This document shows positions 1 through 9,065 of a stretch of 64,000 nt of DNA, piece by piece (within the stretch, counting starts at the first letter, position 1; each line of letters opens with the position of its first letter). Under the pieces are notes generated by a model that saw nothing but the letters and a program-made list of their open reading frames with translations, was not told the DNA's origin and did no database searches. The stretch is from Bacilli bacterium. GTDB lineage: Bacteria > Bacillota_I > Bacilli_A > RFN20 > CAG-826. A program made the translations under genes and the position numbers. The stretch is from assembly GCA_044372565.1 (NCBI GenBank), contig JBILRP010000002.1, positions 17,396-81,395 on the forward strand, written 5' to 3'.

Positions 1-456
1 TGTTACATGAGAAATAATTTCAAAATAATCACCTATGTCAGGTTCATCCATGCTCGTTAATCTGACTTGTCTTGTGTTTATATTTCCGGATAAAGAAATA
101 TTGTTTGTCTTGTACCCCCAATAAGCAGTACATGTTGAGTTTCCCCTAGCCACCAAAAATGTGGTATGGCCTTGGGCTATGATTAAATCTAAGTACACTT
201 TAGAATTAGCTCCATCAAAATTAACTGTTGTACCTGGAAAGGTGGTAGGCGATGTTCCTCCAAAATAATGCAGACAAGTTGCACCACCACTTTTGTCGAT
301 TTTACTACTAACTGCACTAACGTCTACCCATACTCTATCTGATTCATTGAGAGCAGCTTGTGGCTCAAATTGACTGGTGTTTTGATTCACCGATAAAAAT
401 ACACCACCGACCATGAGGATTGTTAGAATACTTGAAAATGTTGTTTTAAAGTTCAT
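1..456 (-). CDS. hypothetical exported/membrane-anchored protein; only the N-terminal 152 codons lie in the window
   Basis: Absent from the ORF track because there is no stop in the window. Hand translation of the reverse strand from ATG (complement of 454-456) gives MNFKTTFSSILTILMVGGVFLSVNQNTSQFEPQ... and stays open to position 1. It has an N-terminal hydrophobic helix. No family recognised. Confidence 0.5.
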   Translation of the reverse strand, partial: MNFKTTFSSILTILMVGGVFLSVNQNTSQFEPQAALNESDRVWVDVSAVSSKIDKSGGATCLHYFGGTSPTTFPGTTVNFDGANSKVYLDLIIAQGHTTFLVARGNSTCTAYWGYKTNNISLSGNINTRQVRLTSMDEPDIGDYFEIISHVT

Positions 457-692
457 GATAAGTTCCTTTTACTTACTTGTCAAAAAATCTAAAATAGATA
501 ACAATTTGGTTATATGTTAGCGGTTACATTTAATTTTGTCAAGAGCGAATATAAAAATGATACTTAACCATTATTCATGGAACCAATGGTCAATCAAATG
601 AAACCGTGTCTTGAAATTGATTTGTGATAAGATATTTTTAGGTAAAAACTATGCCAAAACGAACGAATTAAATCTCCTGGGATGAATATTTT

Positions 693-1118
693 ATGGGGAT
701 TGCGGTCAATTCTGCGATGCGGAGTAAAGATCCTTCAACCCAAGTCGGTGCCTGTATTGTCAATCCGATGAATAAAGTCGTCTCGATTGGGTATAACGGG
801 ATGCCGTCTGGCGTGGACGATGATCAAGTCTCGTGGGAACCCAAAGAAGGTCTAGAAAGTAAGTATCTTTATGTGGCCCATGCAGAACTCAATGCCAAAG
901 ATGGATCGGCGTTACAAAACACCAAAATCTTTGTGACCTTGTTTCCGTGCAACGAGTGTGCCAAGGCAATCATTCAATCTGGGATTAAAGAAGTCGTCTA
1001 TCAAGAAGATAAGTATAAAGATTCCATTAGTTCACTCGCCGCGAAAAAGTTATTTGCATTAGCCAAAGTCAAACCCACGCAATATCAAGGTCGCCTTCCC
1101 CACATCCATTATCAATAA
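693..1118 (+). CDS. comEB: dCMP deaminase (ComEB/cytidine-deoxycytidylate deaminase family); the 5' region is interrupted by an in-frame TAA (see findings)
   Basis: Zinc-binding motifs HAELNA and PCNECAKAI are present. The conserved N-terminal ISWDEYFM is encoded upstream of or across the called start, behind a TAA at 669-671. Confidence 0.8.
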   Translation: MGIAVNSAMRSKDPSTQVGACIVNPMNKVVSIGYNGMPSGVDDDQVSWEPKEGLESKYLYVAHAELNAKDGSALQNTKIFVTLFPCNECAKAIIQSGIKEVVYQEDKYKDSISSLAAKKLFALAKVKPTQYQGRLPHIHYQ

Positions 1119-1358
1119 ATGAAAAAAGAAAAAAATAAATTTGGGTTAATCAAAGGATTTGCAAGACGGTTACTTTTGTTAACCCTTGTTTACTTCACCG
1201 TCATGGTCTCAATGTGGTCAACCCTCGCCCAATTTTTTAATGAAGGGGTTGGCTTTAACTGGGTCTTTTGGTTGGTCATCAGTTTAACCATCCTCTTATG
1301 GATTGGCTTCATCGTATGGGTGGAAATATCTCAACTCAAACGGTATGGCCATGATTAA
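1119..1358 (+). CDS. small hypothetical membrane protein (79 aa, two hydrophobic helices)
   Basis: The ATG directly follows the comEB stop. Two long hydrophobic segments. The 3' end overlaps the ecfA1 start. No family recognised. Confidence 0.45.
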   Translation: MKKEKNKFGLIKGFARRLLLLTLVYFTVMVSMWSTLAQFFNEGVGFNWVFWLVISLTILLWIGFIVWVEISQLKRYGHD

Positions 1359-2154
1359 GGTTGAGCATCTAAGCTTTGCCTATGAAGAAACCAAAAAAGT
1401 TTTAAACGATATCAGCTTGACGATTCCTCAAGGACAATACGTCGCCTTGATGGGTCACAATGGTTCTGGTAAATCGACGTTAGCAAAGTTACTCGCAGGA
1501 TTACTCGACAATAAAACAGGGGTTATCACCATTGATGGTGAGGTGTTAACTCCTTCAAGCATCAAAGAGATCCGAAAAAAATTAGGGATCGTCTTTCAAA
1601 ATCCTGATAATCAATTTATAGGTTCAACCGTTGCCGATGATCTTGCCTTTGGTTTAGAGAATCGCTTGGTGCCTCATGCCAAGATGCAAGCGATGATTGA
1701 AAATTATGCTGATCAAGTAGGGATGAGATCTTTTCTTCATCAAGAACCAACCTCTTTATCGGGTGGACAAAAGCAACGGGTCGCCATTGCTGGTGTGTTG
1801 GCGATGCAACCTAAAGTTTTATTGCTAGATGAAGCCACGGCGATGTTAGACCCGCAGGGGAAAAAAGAAATTCGCGATTTAATCTTGGCGATTCGTAAAC
1901 AATACCCGACATTAACCATTCTAGCGATTACCCACGATGTGGAAGAAGCGGTGCTTGCCGATCAAGTCATGGTCCTCAACCAAGGCCAGTTAGCCTTTCA
2001 CGGGTTACCAGATACTTTATTTAAAGACGTGAAGTTAGTGACGTCGTTGAAGTTAACCTTACCGTTTGTGTATCAACTCTTGGCCGCGTTTCCGAAGCAC
2101 GCACCAAAACAAATCTTTGATTTAAACGCATGGGCGGACGCGTTATGCCGATAA
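1345..2154 (+). CDS. ecfA1: ECF transporter energy-coupling ATPase EcfA1
   Basis: Walker A GHNGSGKST, signature LSGGQKQR, Walker B LLLDEATAMLD, and THD. The track ORF starts at TTG 1303. ATG 1345 (MAMIKVEHLSF) fits family N-termini better. Followed by ecfA2 and ecfT. Confidence 0.9.
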   Translation: MAMIKVEHLSFAYEETKKVLNDISLTIPQGQYVALMGHNGSGKSTLAKLLAGLLDNKTGVITIDGEVLTPSSIKEIRKKLGIVFQNPDNQFIGSTVADDLAFGLENRLVPHAKMQAMIENYADQVGMRSFLHQEPTSLSGGQKQRVAIAGVLAMQPKVLLLDEATAMLDPQGKKEIRDLILAIRKQYPTLTILAITHDVEEAVLADQVMVLNQGQLAFHGLPDTLFKDVKLVTSLKLTLPFVYQLLAAFPKHAPKQIFDLNAWADALCR

Positions 2155-2984
2155 AACTTCATCATGTGTTTCATGTGTATTCGCCAAAGACACCTTTTCA
2201 ATTTGAAGCCTTACATGATGTTTCTTTGGTGATTGAAGAACATAGTTTCACCGCGATCATCGGTCACACCGGGAGTGGGAAATCAACCCTGATTCAACAT
2301 CTGAATGCGTTGTTATTACCCACGTCTGGAAGTTTAGAAGTCAACGAGATCGTTATCCAGGCGAATCAATTACCGAAAGCAGTGAAAAAGATTCGGCAAT
2401 ACGCCGGCGTGGTCTTTCAATTTCCTGAAGCCCAACTCTTTGAAGAACATGTCATCGAGGATGTGATGTTTGGTCCTTTAAACTTTGGGAAAAGTAAAGT
2501 TGAAGCCAAACAAGCTGCTCAACTTGCTTTACAACAAGTTGGGTTGGATGAGTCTTTTTATGACCGTTCCCCGTTTGAATTATCTGGTGGCGAACGCCGA
2601 CGCGTCGCCATCGCCGGAATTTTGGCGATGCAACCTAAGGTCCTGATTCTAGATGAACCCACGGCAGGTTTAGATCCAATCGGGGCAGCAATGATGATGA
2701 GTTTATTCACCCAGTTACATCAACAAGGCATGACGATCATCATCGTCACCCATGACATGGAATTGGTGTTGAAGTATGCCAGTCATGTCAAGGTCATGGA
2801 GCATGGAAAAGTCATCAAACAATCCACGCCTCAAGATTTATTTTATGGCAAGGACGCAAGCAAAGATTTCATCAAACCACCCCTTGTTCAATTGATTGAA
2901 GCATTAAGAAAAAAAGGCAAAATGATTTCCTCAACCCAAGAAAAATCTTTAGCGGATTTGGTTCAAGTTTGGAAGGTGAGCTAA
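2145..2984 (+). CDS. ecfA2: ECF transporter energy-coupling ATPase EcfA2
   Basis: GHTGSGKST, LSGGERRRVAIA, LILDEPTAGLD. ATG 2145 overlaps the ecfA1 stop. Confidence 0.9.
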   Translation: MPIKLHHVFHVYSPKTPFQFEALHDVSLVIEEHSFTAIIGHTGSGKSTLIQHLNALLLPTSGSLEVNEIVIQANQLPKAVKKIRQYAGVVFQFPEAQLFEEHVIEDVMFGPLNFGKSKVEAKQAAQLALQQVGLDESFYDRSPFELSGGERRRVAIAGILAMQPKVLILDEPTAGLDPIGAAMMMSLFTQLHQQGMTIIIVTHDMELVLKYASHVKVMEHGKVIKQSTPQDLFYGKDASKDFIKPPLVQLIEALRKKGKMISSTQEKSLADLVQVWKVS

Positions 2985-2986
2985 TC

Positions 2987-3823
2987 ATGGCAGCGATGAC
3001 CCTTGGCCGATACATGCCCTATGATTCGTTGATGCACCGCTTGGATCCGCGCATCAAATTATTTGCCATGGTTGCCATCATGGTGTCGATCTTTTTACGG
3101 TTTGGATCGGTCTGGACTGATTTGGCGTTATATGGATTGATGTTTCTGTTTATCTTGATTCTGATGCGAATCACCAAGATTAAATTGCGTCAACTGTATC
3201 GGCAACTCAAACCTTTATGGTTCATGCTTTTATTTTTATTGTTCATCAATCTACTTTTACCCAATAACCAAGACATCAGTACGTATTTCGATGTATGGGG
3301 TGTGAAGATTTATTATTCAGCGTTACTACAAACCTTTTATATTGTCTTTCGGTTGGTGTTGATGATTGCCTTAACCTTGATCATCACCGCCTCGACAAGA
3401 CCTCTAGATCTAACGTACGCGATCGAATGGTATTTGACCCCGTGGAAAATTATTCGTTTTCCTAGTCACGAAGTGGCGATGACGATGAGCATTGCCTTGC
3501 GATTTATCCCTACACTACTAGAAGAAACGTATCGAATCATGAAAGCCCAAGCATCCCGTGGGGTTGATTTTGTTCATGGCAAACTCAAAGAAAAACTAAG
3601 AGCGATTGTCTCGCTGATTGTTCCTCTTTTCATCTCGGCATTTCAACGCAGTGAAGAATTGGCCAATGCGATGGAAGCTCGTGGGTATGACCCCAGTGCA
3701 ACCCGAACCCGTTACCGTGAACTCACATGGCATCGTCGTGATTTCTTCGCCTTGGTGATGATGCTCGTTTATCTTGGTGGGTTTTTCTATTTGTTGATGA
3801 CAGGGTTTACCTTACCCTTATAA
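2987..3823 (+). CDS. ecfT: ECF transporter transmembrane component EcfT
   Basis: Polytopic membrane protein with the C-terminal ARG motif region (ANAMEARGY). RBS GGAAGGTGA at 2971-2979 precedes ATG 2987. The track start at 2969 is TTG. Confidence 0.88.
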   Translation: MAAMTLGRYMPYDSLMHRLDPRIKLFAMVAIMVSIFLRFGSVWTDLALYGLMFLFILILMRITKIKLRQLYRQLKPLWFMLLFLLFINLLLPNNQDISTYFDVWGVKIYYSALLQTFYIVFRLVLMIALTLIITASTRPLDLTYAIEWYLTPWKIIRFPSHEVAMTMSIALRFIPTLLEETYRIMKAQASRGVDFVHGKLKEKLRAIVSLIVPLFISAFQRSEELANAMEARGYDPSATRTRYRELTWHRRDFFALVMMLVYLGGFFYLLMTGFTLPL

Positions 3824-3826
3824 CGT

Positions 3827-4567
3827 ATGAAACAGCGCATGGTCGGACAATTGAAGTTCAAAGGGACAACTTTTCAAGGTTGGCAAACCCAACAACAAGG
3901 TCAATCGGTGCAAGAGCATGTGGAAAAAACATTGACGCAAATGCTTAATCAACCCATTCAAGTGTATGGTGCATCGCGAACCGATGCCGGGGTTCATGCG
4001 CGGGGATTTATGTTTCATGTGGACGCCATCACCACCATCCCAACTGCAAAAATCTTAACCGGATTTAATCGGATGATTCATCCTAATATTTACCTGGTCA
4101 GTTTAAAGAAAGTTCCTGCCACGTTTGAAGCTCGTTATCAACATTCAAAAAAAACGTACACGTATCAAATCCTCACAGGGGAACGTGATCCGTTTTTACA
4201 AGACACGGTCATGCATGTCCCGCAAGCAATCTCGATTAAAAAGATTCGTGAAGCAATGCCTTACTTTTTAGGTGAACATGATTTTCGTAACTTCACGACC
4301 AAAAAAGAAGATGGTGCGGATTTTGTGCGAACGATCTTTGCGTTTAAAGTTACCCAAACAGGTCGGATACTTAAGTTCACGATTGTTGGCAATGGGTTCA
4401 TGACCTACATGGTGAGAATCATCATCGGAACGTTAATCGCGCTTGGTCAAGACAAAATATCCCTTGAAACCATTCAAGATTACTTAGACAATAAAAGAAA
4501 GGGACCGCTGTCCTATAAAGCAGAACCACAAGGATTGTGTTTAGAAAAGGTGCGTTATGAAAAATAA
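3827..4567 (+). CDS. truA: tRNA pseudouridine(38-40) synthase TruA
   Basis: GASRTDAGVHA catalytic Asp motif. Conserved position after ecfT. Confidence 0.9.
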   Translation: MKQRMVGQLKFKGTTFQGWQTQQQGQSVQEHVEKTLTQMLNQPIQVYGASRTDAGVHARGFMFHVDAITTIPTAKILTGFNRMIHPNIYLVSLKKVPATFEARYQHSKKTYTYQILTGERDPFLQDTVMHVPQAISIKKIREAMPYFLGEHDFRNFTTKKEDGADFVRTIFAFKVTQTGRILKFTIVGNGFMTYMVRIIIGTLIALGQDKISLETIQDYLDNKRKGPLSYKAEPQGLCLEKVRYEK

Positions 4568-5357
4568 ATTGGATTATTGTTACCATTCCCATACGATTCG
4601 CTGTGGTCATGCCTATGGCACGGATGAGGAGTATGTGAAAGCAGCCATCGCCAATGGATTCAAGGTGATTGGTTTTTCTGATCACATTTTTTTTCCCGGC
4701 ATTTCTCAGCCCGGCACACGAGGAGAATATAGCCAACTGGAAGACTATAAACAAAGCGTGCTTCAATTAAAAAAACAATACGCCAAACAGATTCAAGTTC
4801 ATTTAGGATTTGAAGCGGAATACTACCCAGTCTTTGATCAGTATTACCAAAGTTTAAAAGTAGACCATGGGTTTGAATATTTGATCTTAGGTCAGCATTT
4901 CCGCTTGGTCAATCATCGCTTCCCGATTTATTATGCATCCGTGAAAGATCCAGCCTTGATTCATGAATACGCCGATAGCATTGTTGCAGGGATGAAGACG
5001 GGTCTATTTTCTTATGTCGCCCATCCTGATCTATATATGTTGGGCTATGCCGGTGGTTGGGATGAACACGCCCAAGCGGTGGCCCATAAGATTGCCAAAG
5101 CGTCTGTCACCTATGGGGTCCCTTTAGAACTTAATCTTGGTGGGGTCAGCAGAGGTTTGATGATGATTCAAGGGGAATACCGTTACCCTTATCCTTATGA
5201 AGGATTTTGGAAAATCGCCAAGGAGCATGAGGTCACCACGATCATAGGATTAGATGCCCATGCCCCGGATGCCTACCAAGGACATAAGTATCAAATCCTT
5301 TTTGATATCGTAGATAAATACCAATTAAAAACGATCAACCGTCTCCATTTCAAGTGA
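4557..5357 (+). CDS. PHP-domain phosphoesterase (HisJ-family histidinol-phosphatase-like)
   Basis: N-terminal YHSHTIRCGHA metal-binding motif, later FSDH and AHPD motifs, and length typical of the HisJ/PHP family. Confidence 0.7.
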   Translation: MKNKLDYCYHSHTIRCGHAYGTDEEYVKAAIANGFKVIGFSDHIFFPGISQPGTRGEYSQLEDYKQSVLQLKKQYAKQIQVHLGFEAEYYPVFDQYYQSLKVDHGFEYLILGQHFRLVNHRFPIYYASVKDPALIHEYADSIVAGMKTGLFSYVAHPDLYMLGYAGGWDEHAQAVAHKIAKASVTYGVPLELNLGGVSRGLMMIQGEYRYPYPYEGFWKIAKEHEVTTIIGLDAHAPDAYQGHKYQILFDIVDKYQLKTINRLHFK

Positions 5358-5386
5358 TATAATTTGAAAGATTTGAGGTAAGCAAC

Positions 5387-6091
5387 ATGGGCCGAGCCTA
5401 TCAAGTAAGAGCATCATCAATGGCAGCGACCGCCGCAAAACGGTCGGCTTTATTTATGCGTGCTTCCAGGGAAATTTATATGGCGGCTAAATCAGGATCA
5501 GATCCAGATAGTAACCTTTCATTACGGGCAGCGATTGATAAATATCGGGCCTTAAATGTCACTAGGGATGTCATCGAACGGGCGATTAAAAAAGCTGCGG
5601 GTGGGGAAGTAGAAGCTTACAACGCCGGTCGTTATGAGGCCTTTGGACCAGGTGGATGTTACTTGGTCGTGGATACGTTAACCGATAACATCAACCGAGC
5701 GATTTCTGAAGTTCGCTCATCGATTACCAAACGCAACGGCAAGATGGGTTCGGTTTTATTTAACTTTACTGAGTATGGCCAACTTGTCTTTTTAGGGCAA
5801 CAACAAGCGGTGGTAGAAGAGCAACTTATTCTTGGGGATGTCGATGTTCAACACATTCACGTCAATGGTGATCAACTAGAAGTGTTGGTTGCTCCCACAA
5901 GCTTCGCTCAAGCAAAAAAAATTCTTGAAAGCATGGGCGTCCAATCTTTTATTGCCTCAGAAATCACTTTGATCCCGAATGATACGGTCACCCTCGAAGG
6001 TGAAAATTTAGAACTTTTTAAACAATTATTAGATGTTTTGGATGAATTGCAGGATGTTCAAAACGTTTATCACAACGTTGAGCTAGAATGA
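5387..6091 (+). CDS. yebC: YebC/PmpR family DNA-binding transcriptional regulator
   Basis: The family-typical C-terminal motif DVQNVYHN and a typical length of about 235 aa. RBS TGAGGTA lies upstream. Confidence 0.85.
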   Translation: MGRAYQVRASSMAATAAKRSALFMRASREIYMAAKSGSDPDSNLSLRAAIDKYRALNVTRDVIERAIKKAAGGEVEAYNAGRYEAFGPGGCYLVVDTLTDNINRAISEVRSSITKRNGKMGSVLFNFTEYGQLVFLGQQQAVVEEQLILGDVDVQHIHVNGDQLEVLVAPTSFAQAKKILESMGVQSFIASEITLIPNDTVTLEGENLELFKQLLDVLDELQDVQNVYHNVELE

Positions 6092-6112
6092 GATAGTTTT
6101 CGTCTTTTTTCA

Positions 6113-6141
6113 TTGACTTTTATAGGTTTGGTTAGTATTAT
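6113..6141 (+). promoter_or_regulatory. sigma-A type promoter for rplM-rpsI (TTGACT-17 nt-TATTAT)
   Basis: TTGACT at 6113-6118, an exact 17-nt spacer, TATTAT at 6136-6141, about 70 nt upstream of rplM. Confidence 0.6.
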
Positions 6142-6211
6142 TTATCTCGGCACTTTATTCGAGCATTTTTAAATTTGTTATTAGTAAAGCTGCAGCTCAG
6201 GAGGACGATTT

Positions 6212-6652
6212 ATGCAACGTCAAACAACCCTTGCAAAACCTGCAAATGTATCTCACAAATGGTATCTCGTGGATGCCACTGGTTTACCTTTAGGTAGACT
6301 TGCTTCTAAAATTGCCCTAATTTTAATGGGTAAAAACAAAGCAACCTACACTCCAAACGTCGATGGTGGTGACTTTGTCATCATTATTAATGCTGAAAAA
6401 GTCGGTTTATCCGGCAATAAAGTGGAAAACAAGAAGTACTATAACAACTCCCAATATGTCGGTGGATTAAGAACCCGTACCGCTGGTGTGATGTTAAAAG
6501 AATTTCCTGAAGAAATGGTGGAACGTTCCATTGGTGGCATGTTACCCAAAGGTAAATTAGGTAAAGTCATTCATAGTAAATTGTTTGTTTATAAAGGTCC
6601 AAAACACGAACACGAAGCCCAAAAACCTGAAGTGTTAACCATTACCTTATAA
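6212..6652 (+). CDS. rplM: 50S ribosomal protein L13
   Basis: N-terminal [16 protein letters not shown] is typical of L13. RBS CAGGAGG. Confidence 0.95.
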   Translation: MQRQTTLAKPANVSHKWYLVDATGLPLGRLASKIALILMGKNKATYTPNVDGGDFVIIINAEKVGLSGNKVENKKYYNNSQYVGGLRTRTAGVMLKEFPEEMVERSIGGMLPKGKLGKVIHSKLFVYKGPKHEHEAQKPEVLTITL

Positions 6653-6662
6653 GGAGAGTAAT

Positions 6663-7067
6663 ATGGCAACCAAGAAAAAAGAAGTGACCAAGTATTACGG
6701 CACAGGCCGTCGTAAATCCTCAAAAGCCCGCGTCTATTTAATGGATGGCAAAGGTTTGATTACGGTCAATGGTCGTCCAGTTGATGAATACATGCCATAT
6801 GACACCTTGGTGATGGATTTAAAGCAACCACTCGTGATCTCCAACAATGCGGATAAGTTTGACGTTGAAGCAACCGTCGTTGGCGGTGGATTCACTGGCC
6901 AAGCTGGAGCAATTCGTTTAGGCATCGCCCGCGCCTTATTAGAATCAGGGACGGAAAGAAGTCCTTTAAAAATTGCCGGGATGTTAACCCGTAACCCACG
7001 CGTGAAAGAACGTAAAAAATACGGTCTTAAAGCTGCACGTCGCGCGCCACAATTCACCAAACGTTAA
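6663..7067 (+). CDS. rpsI: 30S ribosomal protein S9
   Basis: [14 protein letters not shown] and the C-terminal [25 protein letters not shown]. Confidence 0.95.
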   Translation: MATKKKEVTKYYGTGRRKSSKARVYLMDGKGLITVNGRPVDEYMPYDTLVMDLKQPLVISNNADKFDVEATVVGGGFTGQAGAIRLGIARALLESGTERSPLKIAGMLTRNPRVKERKKYGLKAARRAPQFTKR

Positions 7068-7144
7068 TTCGTTTCTCTCACTTGGATTGTCTATTCAAGT
7101 GTTAGGATATAGTGCTAGGTTTATCACACGTAGACCTAGACGAT

Positions 7145-7221
7145 GGGCCGTTAGCTCAGTTGGTTAGAGCACGCCCCTGATAAGGGCGAGGTCGATAGTT
7201 CGAATCTATTACGGCCCACCA
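7145..7221 (+). tRNA. tRNA-Ile (anticodon GAU), CCA encoded
   Basis: Hand-folded cloverleaf: acceptor GGGCCGT/ACGGCCC, anticodon loop CTGATAA, T-loop TTCGAAT, 3' ACCA. Confidence 0.9.
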
Positions 7222-7232
7222 TCAATGACATT

Positions 7233-7262
7233 AAAACTGTAGTGAAAGCTACAGTTTTATTC
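7233..7262 (+). terminator. Rho-independent terminator after tRNA-Ile
   Basis: AAAACTGTAG-tgaaag-CTACAGTTTT perfect 10-bp stem followed by a T-rich tract. Confidence 0.7.
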
Positions 7263-7273
7263 ATAAAAGACTT

Positions 7274-8662
7274 ATGATTCAAACCTTAAAAGATAAAATA
7301 TTTTTAAAAAAATTCTTTGCCATCAGTTTCCCGGTCATGATTCAAATGCTGGTGTCTTTTTTTGTTTCTTTTATTGACAATGTCATGGTGGGCGGTATCT
7401 CCGATGATGTGGTTGGGGCGGTCTTCTCCGTCAACCAAATATCCTTTTTCTTTTTTGTCATCACGTATGGTCTACTTTCTGGCGCATCGATTTATGTTCA
7501 ACAATTTTCTGGGGCAAAAGATGCAAAACACTTACAACAATCGGTTCGTTATAAAATGTGGATTGGTATTCTTTTTTTGCTGATCTTTATCCCCTCAATT
7601 TTATTTTTTGGTGAAGGCATTATTCGTTTCTATACACGATCCAGTACGAATCAAGAGATCATTGTCGCTGAAGCGATGTTATATTTACCAATCATTATTG
7701 CCTCGTATATTCCTTTGATGTTTGCGAATATCTACGGATCAACCTACCGCGAAATTGGGAAAACCAAACTCCCTGTCCTGATTAGTGTGATTTCTTTATT
7801 TATCAACGCCATCTTGAATTACGTATTTATATACGTTGTTCAAAATGGCATTGTCGGGGTTGGCATTGCCACCCTCACCGCAAGACTGGTAGAAATGAGT
7901 TTGTTGATCTATATTTCCCATCGAAACAAAGAAACTTTCACGGTGGGATTGTACACCGATTTAAGGGTAGAACCAAAACTAATTCAAGCGATTAATAAAA
8001 AAACCGTGGTGATGTTGATTAACGAAACGTTATGGGCGGGTGGGATTATCATGCAACAACTTGCGTTAGCGTCACGAACCAATGTCTTGTCCACATTATC
8101 GATTGTGTCGACCACCACAGAAATCTTTGGGATTATTTGGGCTGGTCTTGCCGTTGGGGTTGGGGTGATGCTTGGGACGACCCTAGGCGAAGGGAAGATT
8201 GAAGAAGCCAAAATCTTATCGAAAAAATTGATTTGGATGGGCATTATCATTTCCCTTGGACTAGGCTTCATTATGTTTTGGTTAGCCCCTGTGATTCCTC
8301 AATTGTGGAGTTCAGTTGATACCAATCAACAAGCCATGGCGACCTCCATCATCACGATTTACATGTTCTTGCTTCCTTTCTTTAGTATTGCCAATGTGAC
8401 GTATCATACGCTTCGCTCAGGGGGCAAAACCACCCAAGCGTTGCTCTTAGATGGCACCGTCATGTGGTTACTCACGGTTCCTTTGGCGTGGATCCTTGCG
8501 ACCTTCACCGCGATCCCACTTGTCATCCTATGGGCAAGTGTCCAATCGATTGATTTAGCGAAAGCGAGTTTTGGTCTATATCTGGTTGGCCGATACGATT
8601 GGGCGAAAAATCTCACCAATCCATTTGAAAAAAAATCACCGGCAATCACCCTTTCAAATTGA
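7274..8662 (+). CDS. MATE family efflux transporter
   Basis: 462 aa with about 12 hydrophobic helices. The N-terminal FFAISFPVMIQMLV...IDNVMVG pattern is typical of MatE proteins. Confidence 0.8.
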   Translation: MIQTLKDKIFLKKFFAISFPVMIQMLVSFFVSFIDNVMVGGISDDVVGAVFSVNQISFFFFVITYGLLSGASIYVQQFSGAKDAKHLQQSVRYKMWIGILFLLIFIPSILFFGEGIIRFYTRSSTNQEIIVAEAMLYLPIIIASYIPLMFANIYGSTYREIGKTKLPVLISVISLFINAILNYVFIYVVQNGIVGVGIATLTARLVEMSLLIYISHRNKETFTVGLYTDLRVEPKLIQAINKKTVVMLINETLWAGGIIMQQLALASRTNVLSTLSIVSTTTEIFGIIWAGLAVGVGVMLGTTLGEGKIEEAKILSKKLIWMGIIISLGLGFIMFWLAPVIPQLWSSVDTNQQAMATSIITIYMFLLPFFSIANVTYHTLRSGGKTTQALLLDGTVMWLLTVPLAWILATFTAIPLVILWASVQSIDLAKASFGLYLVGRYDWAKNLTNPFEKKSPAITLSN

Positions 8663-8687
8663 ATTAGTCGACTTGGTTTGTTATCAT
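8659..8687 (+). promoter_or_regulatory. promoter of the tRNA Val-Thr-Leu operon (TTGAAT-17 nt-TGtTATCAT)
   Basis: TTGAAT at 8659-8664, a 17-nt spacer, and an extended -10 TGtTATCAT ending at 8687. The predicted start is only about 2-4 nt before the mature tRNA-Val 5' end (8697). Confidence 0.55.
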
Positions 8688-8696
8688 TGAATTCTC

Positions 8697-8772
8697 GGAC
8701 ACTTAGCTCAGCTGGGAGAGCGTTTCCTTCACACGGAAGAGGTCACAGGTTCGATCCCTGTAGTGTCCACCA
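8697..8772 (+). tRNA. tRNA-Val (anticodon CAC), CCA encoded
   Basis: Acceptor GGACACT/AGTGTCC, anticodon stem TTTCC/GGAAG, loop TTCACAC, T-loop TTCGATC, ACCA tail. Confidence 0.85.
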
Positions 8773-8774
8773 TT

Positions 8775-8850
8775 GCCGTCATAGCTCAATTGGCAGAGCA
8801 ATTGATTTGTAATCAATAGGTTGTAGGTTCGAGTCCTATTGACGGCACCA
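8775..8850 (+). tRNA. tRNA-Thr (anticodon UGU), CCA encoded
   Basis: Acceptor GCCGTCA/TGACGGC, anticodon loop TTTGTAA, T-loop TTCGAGT, ACCA tail. Confidence 0.85.
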
Positions 8851-8861
8851 CGTTGCCACTT

Positions 8862-8944
8862 GGGGATATGGCGAAATTGGCAGACGCGTTGGACTTAGAA
8901 TCCAATGGGCAACCGTGCAGGTTCAAATCCTGTTATCCCCACCA
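8862..8944 (+). tRNA. tRNA-Leu (anticodon UAG), long variable arm, CCA encoded
   Basis: Acceptor GGGGATA/TATCCCC, anticodon loop CTTAGAA, long variable arm, T-loop TTCAAAT, ACCA tail. Confidence 0.85.
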
Positions 8945-8957
8945 AGAATAGAAGAAT

Positions 8958-8982
8958 AAACCCTTTAATAAAGGGTTTTTTT
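8958..8982 (+). terminator. Rho-independent terminator after the tRNA cluster
   Basis: CCCTTT-aat-AAAGGG stem followed by a T7 run (8976-8982). Confidence 0.7.
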
Positions 8983-9045
8983 GTTTTTAAGTTTTGGTTA
9001 ATTTTGTGTTCAAAAATTTGTAAAAATCTTGTTGGTTTTATAGTT

Positions 9046-9065
9046 AACTTTACAAAACTTTACAA
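9046..9065 (+). promoter_or_regulatory. tandem AACTTTACAA x2 (TTTACA-N4-TTTACA), a Pho-box-like direct repeat upstream of the phn operon
   Basis: Perfect 10-bp tandem repeat at 9046-9055 and 9056-9065. An inverted copy, TTTGTAAA, lies at 9016-9023. A GATAAT -10-like hexamer lies at 9080-9085. Confidence 0.4.

Noticed and set aside
6734-7060. 108-aa ORF antisense to rpsI
   Set aside because: It lies fully inside the strongly supported S9 gene on the opposite strand. Its composition is Arg/Pro/Ala-rich, as expected for the antisense of a basic protein. No RBS or family signal.
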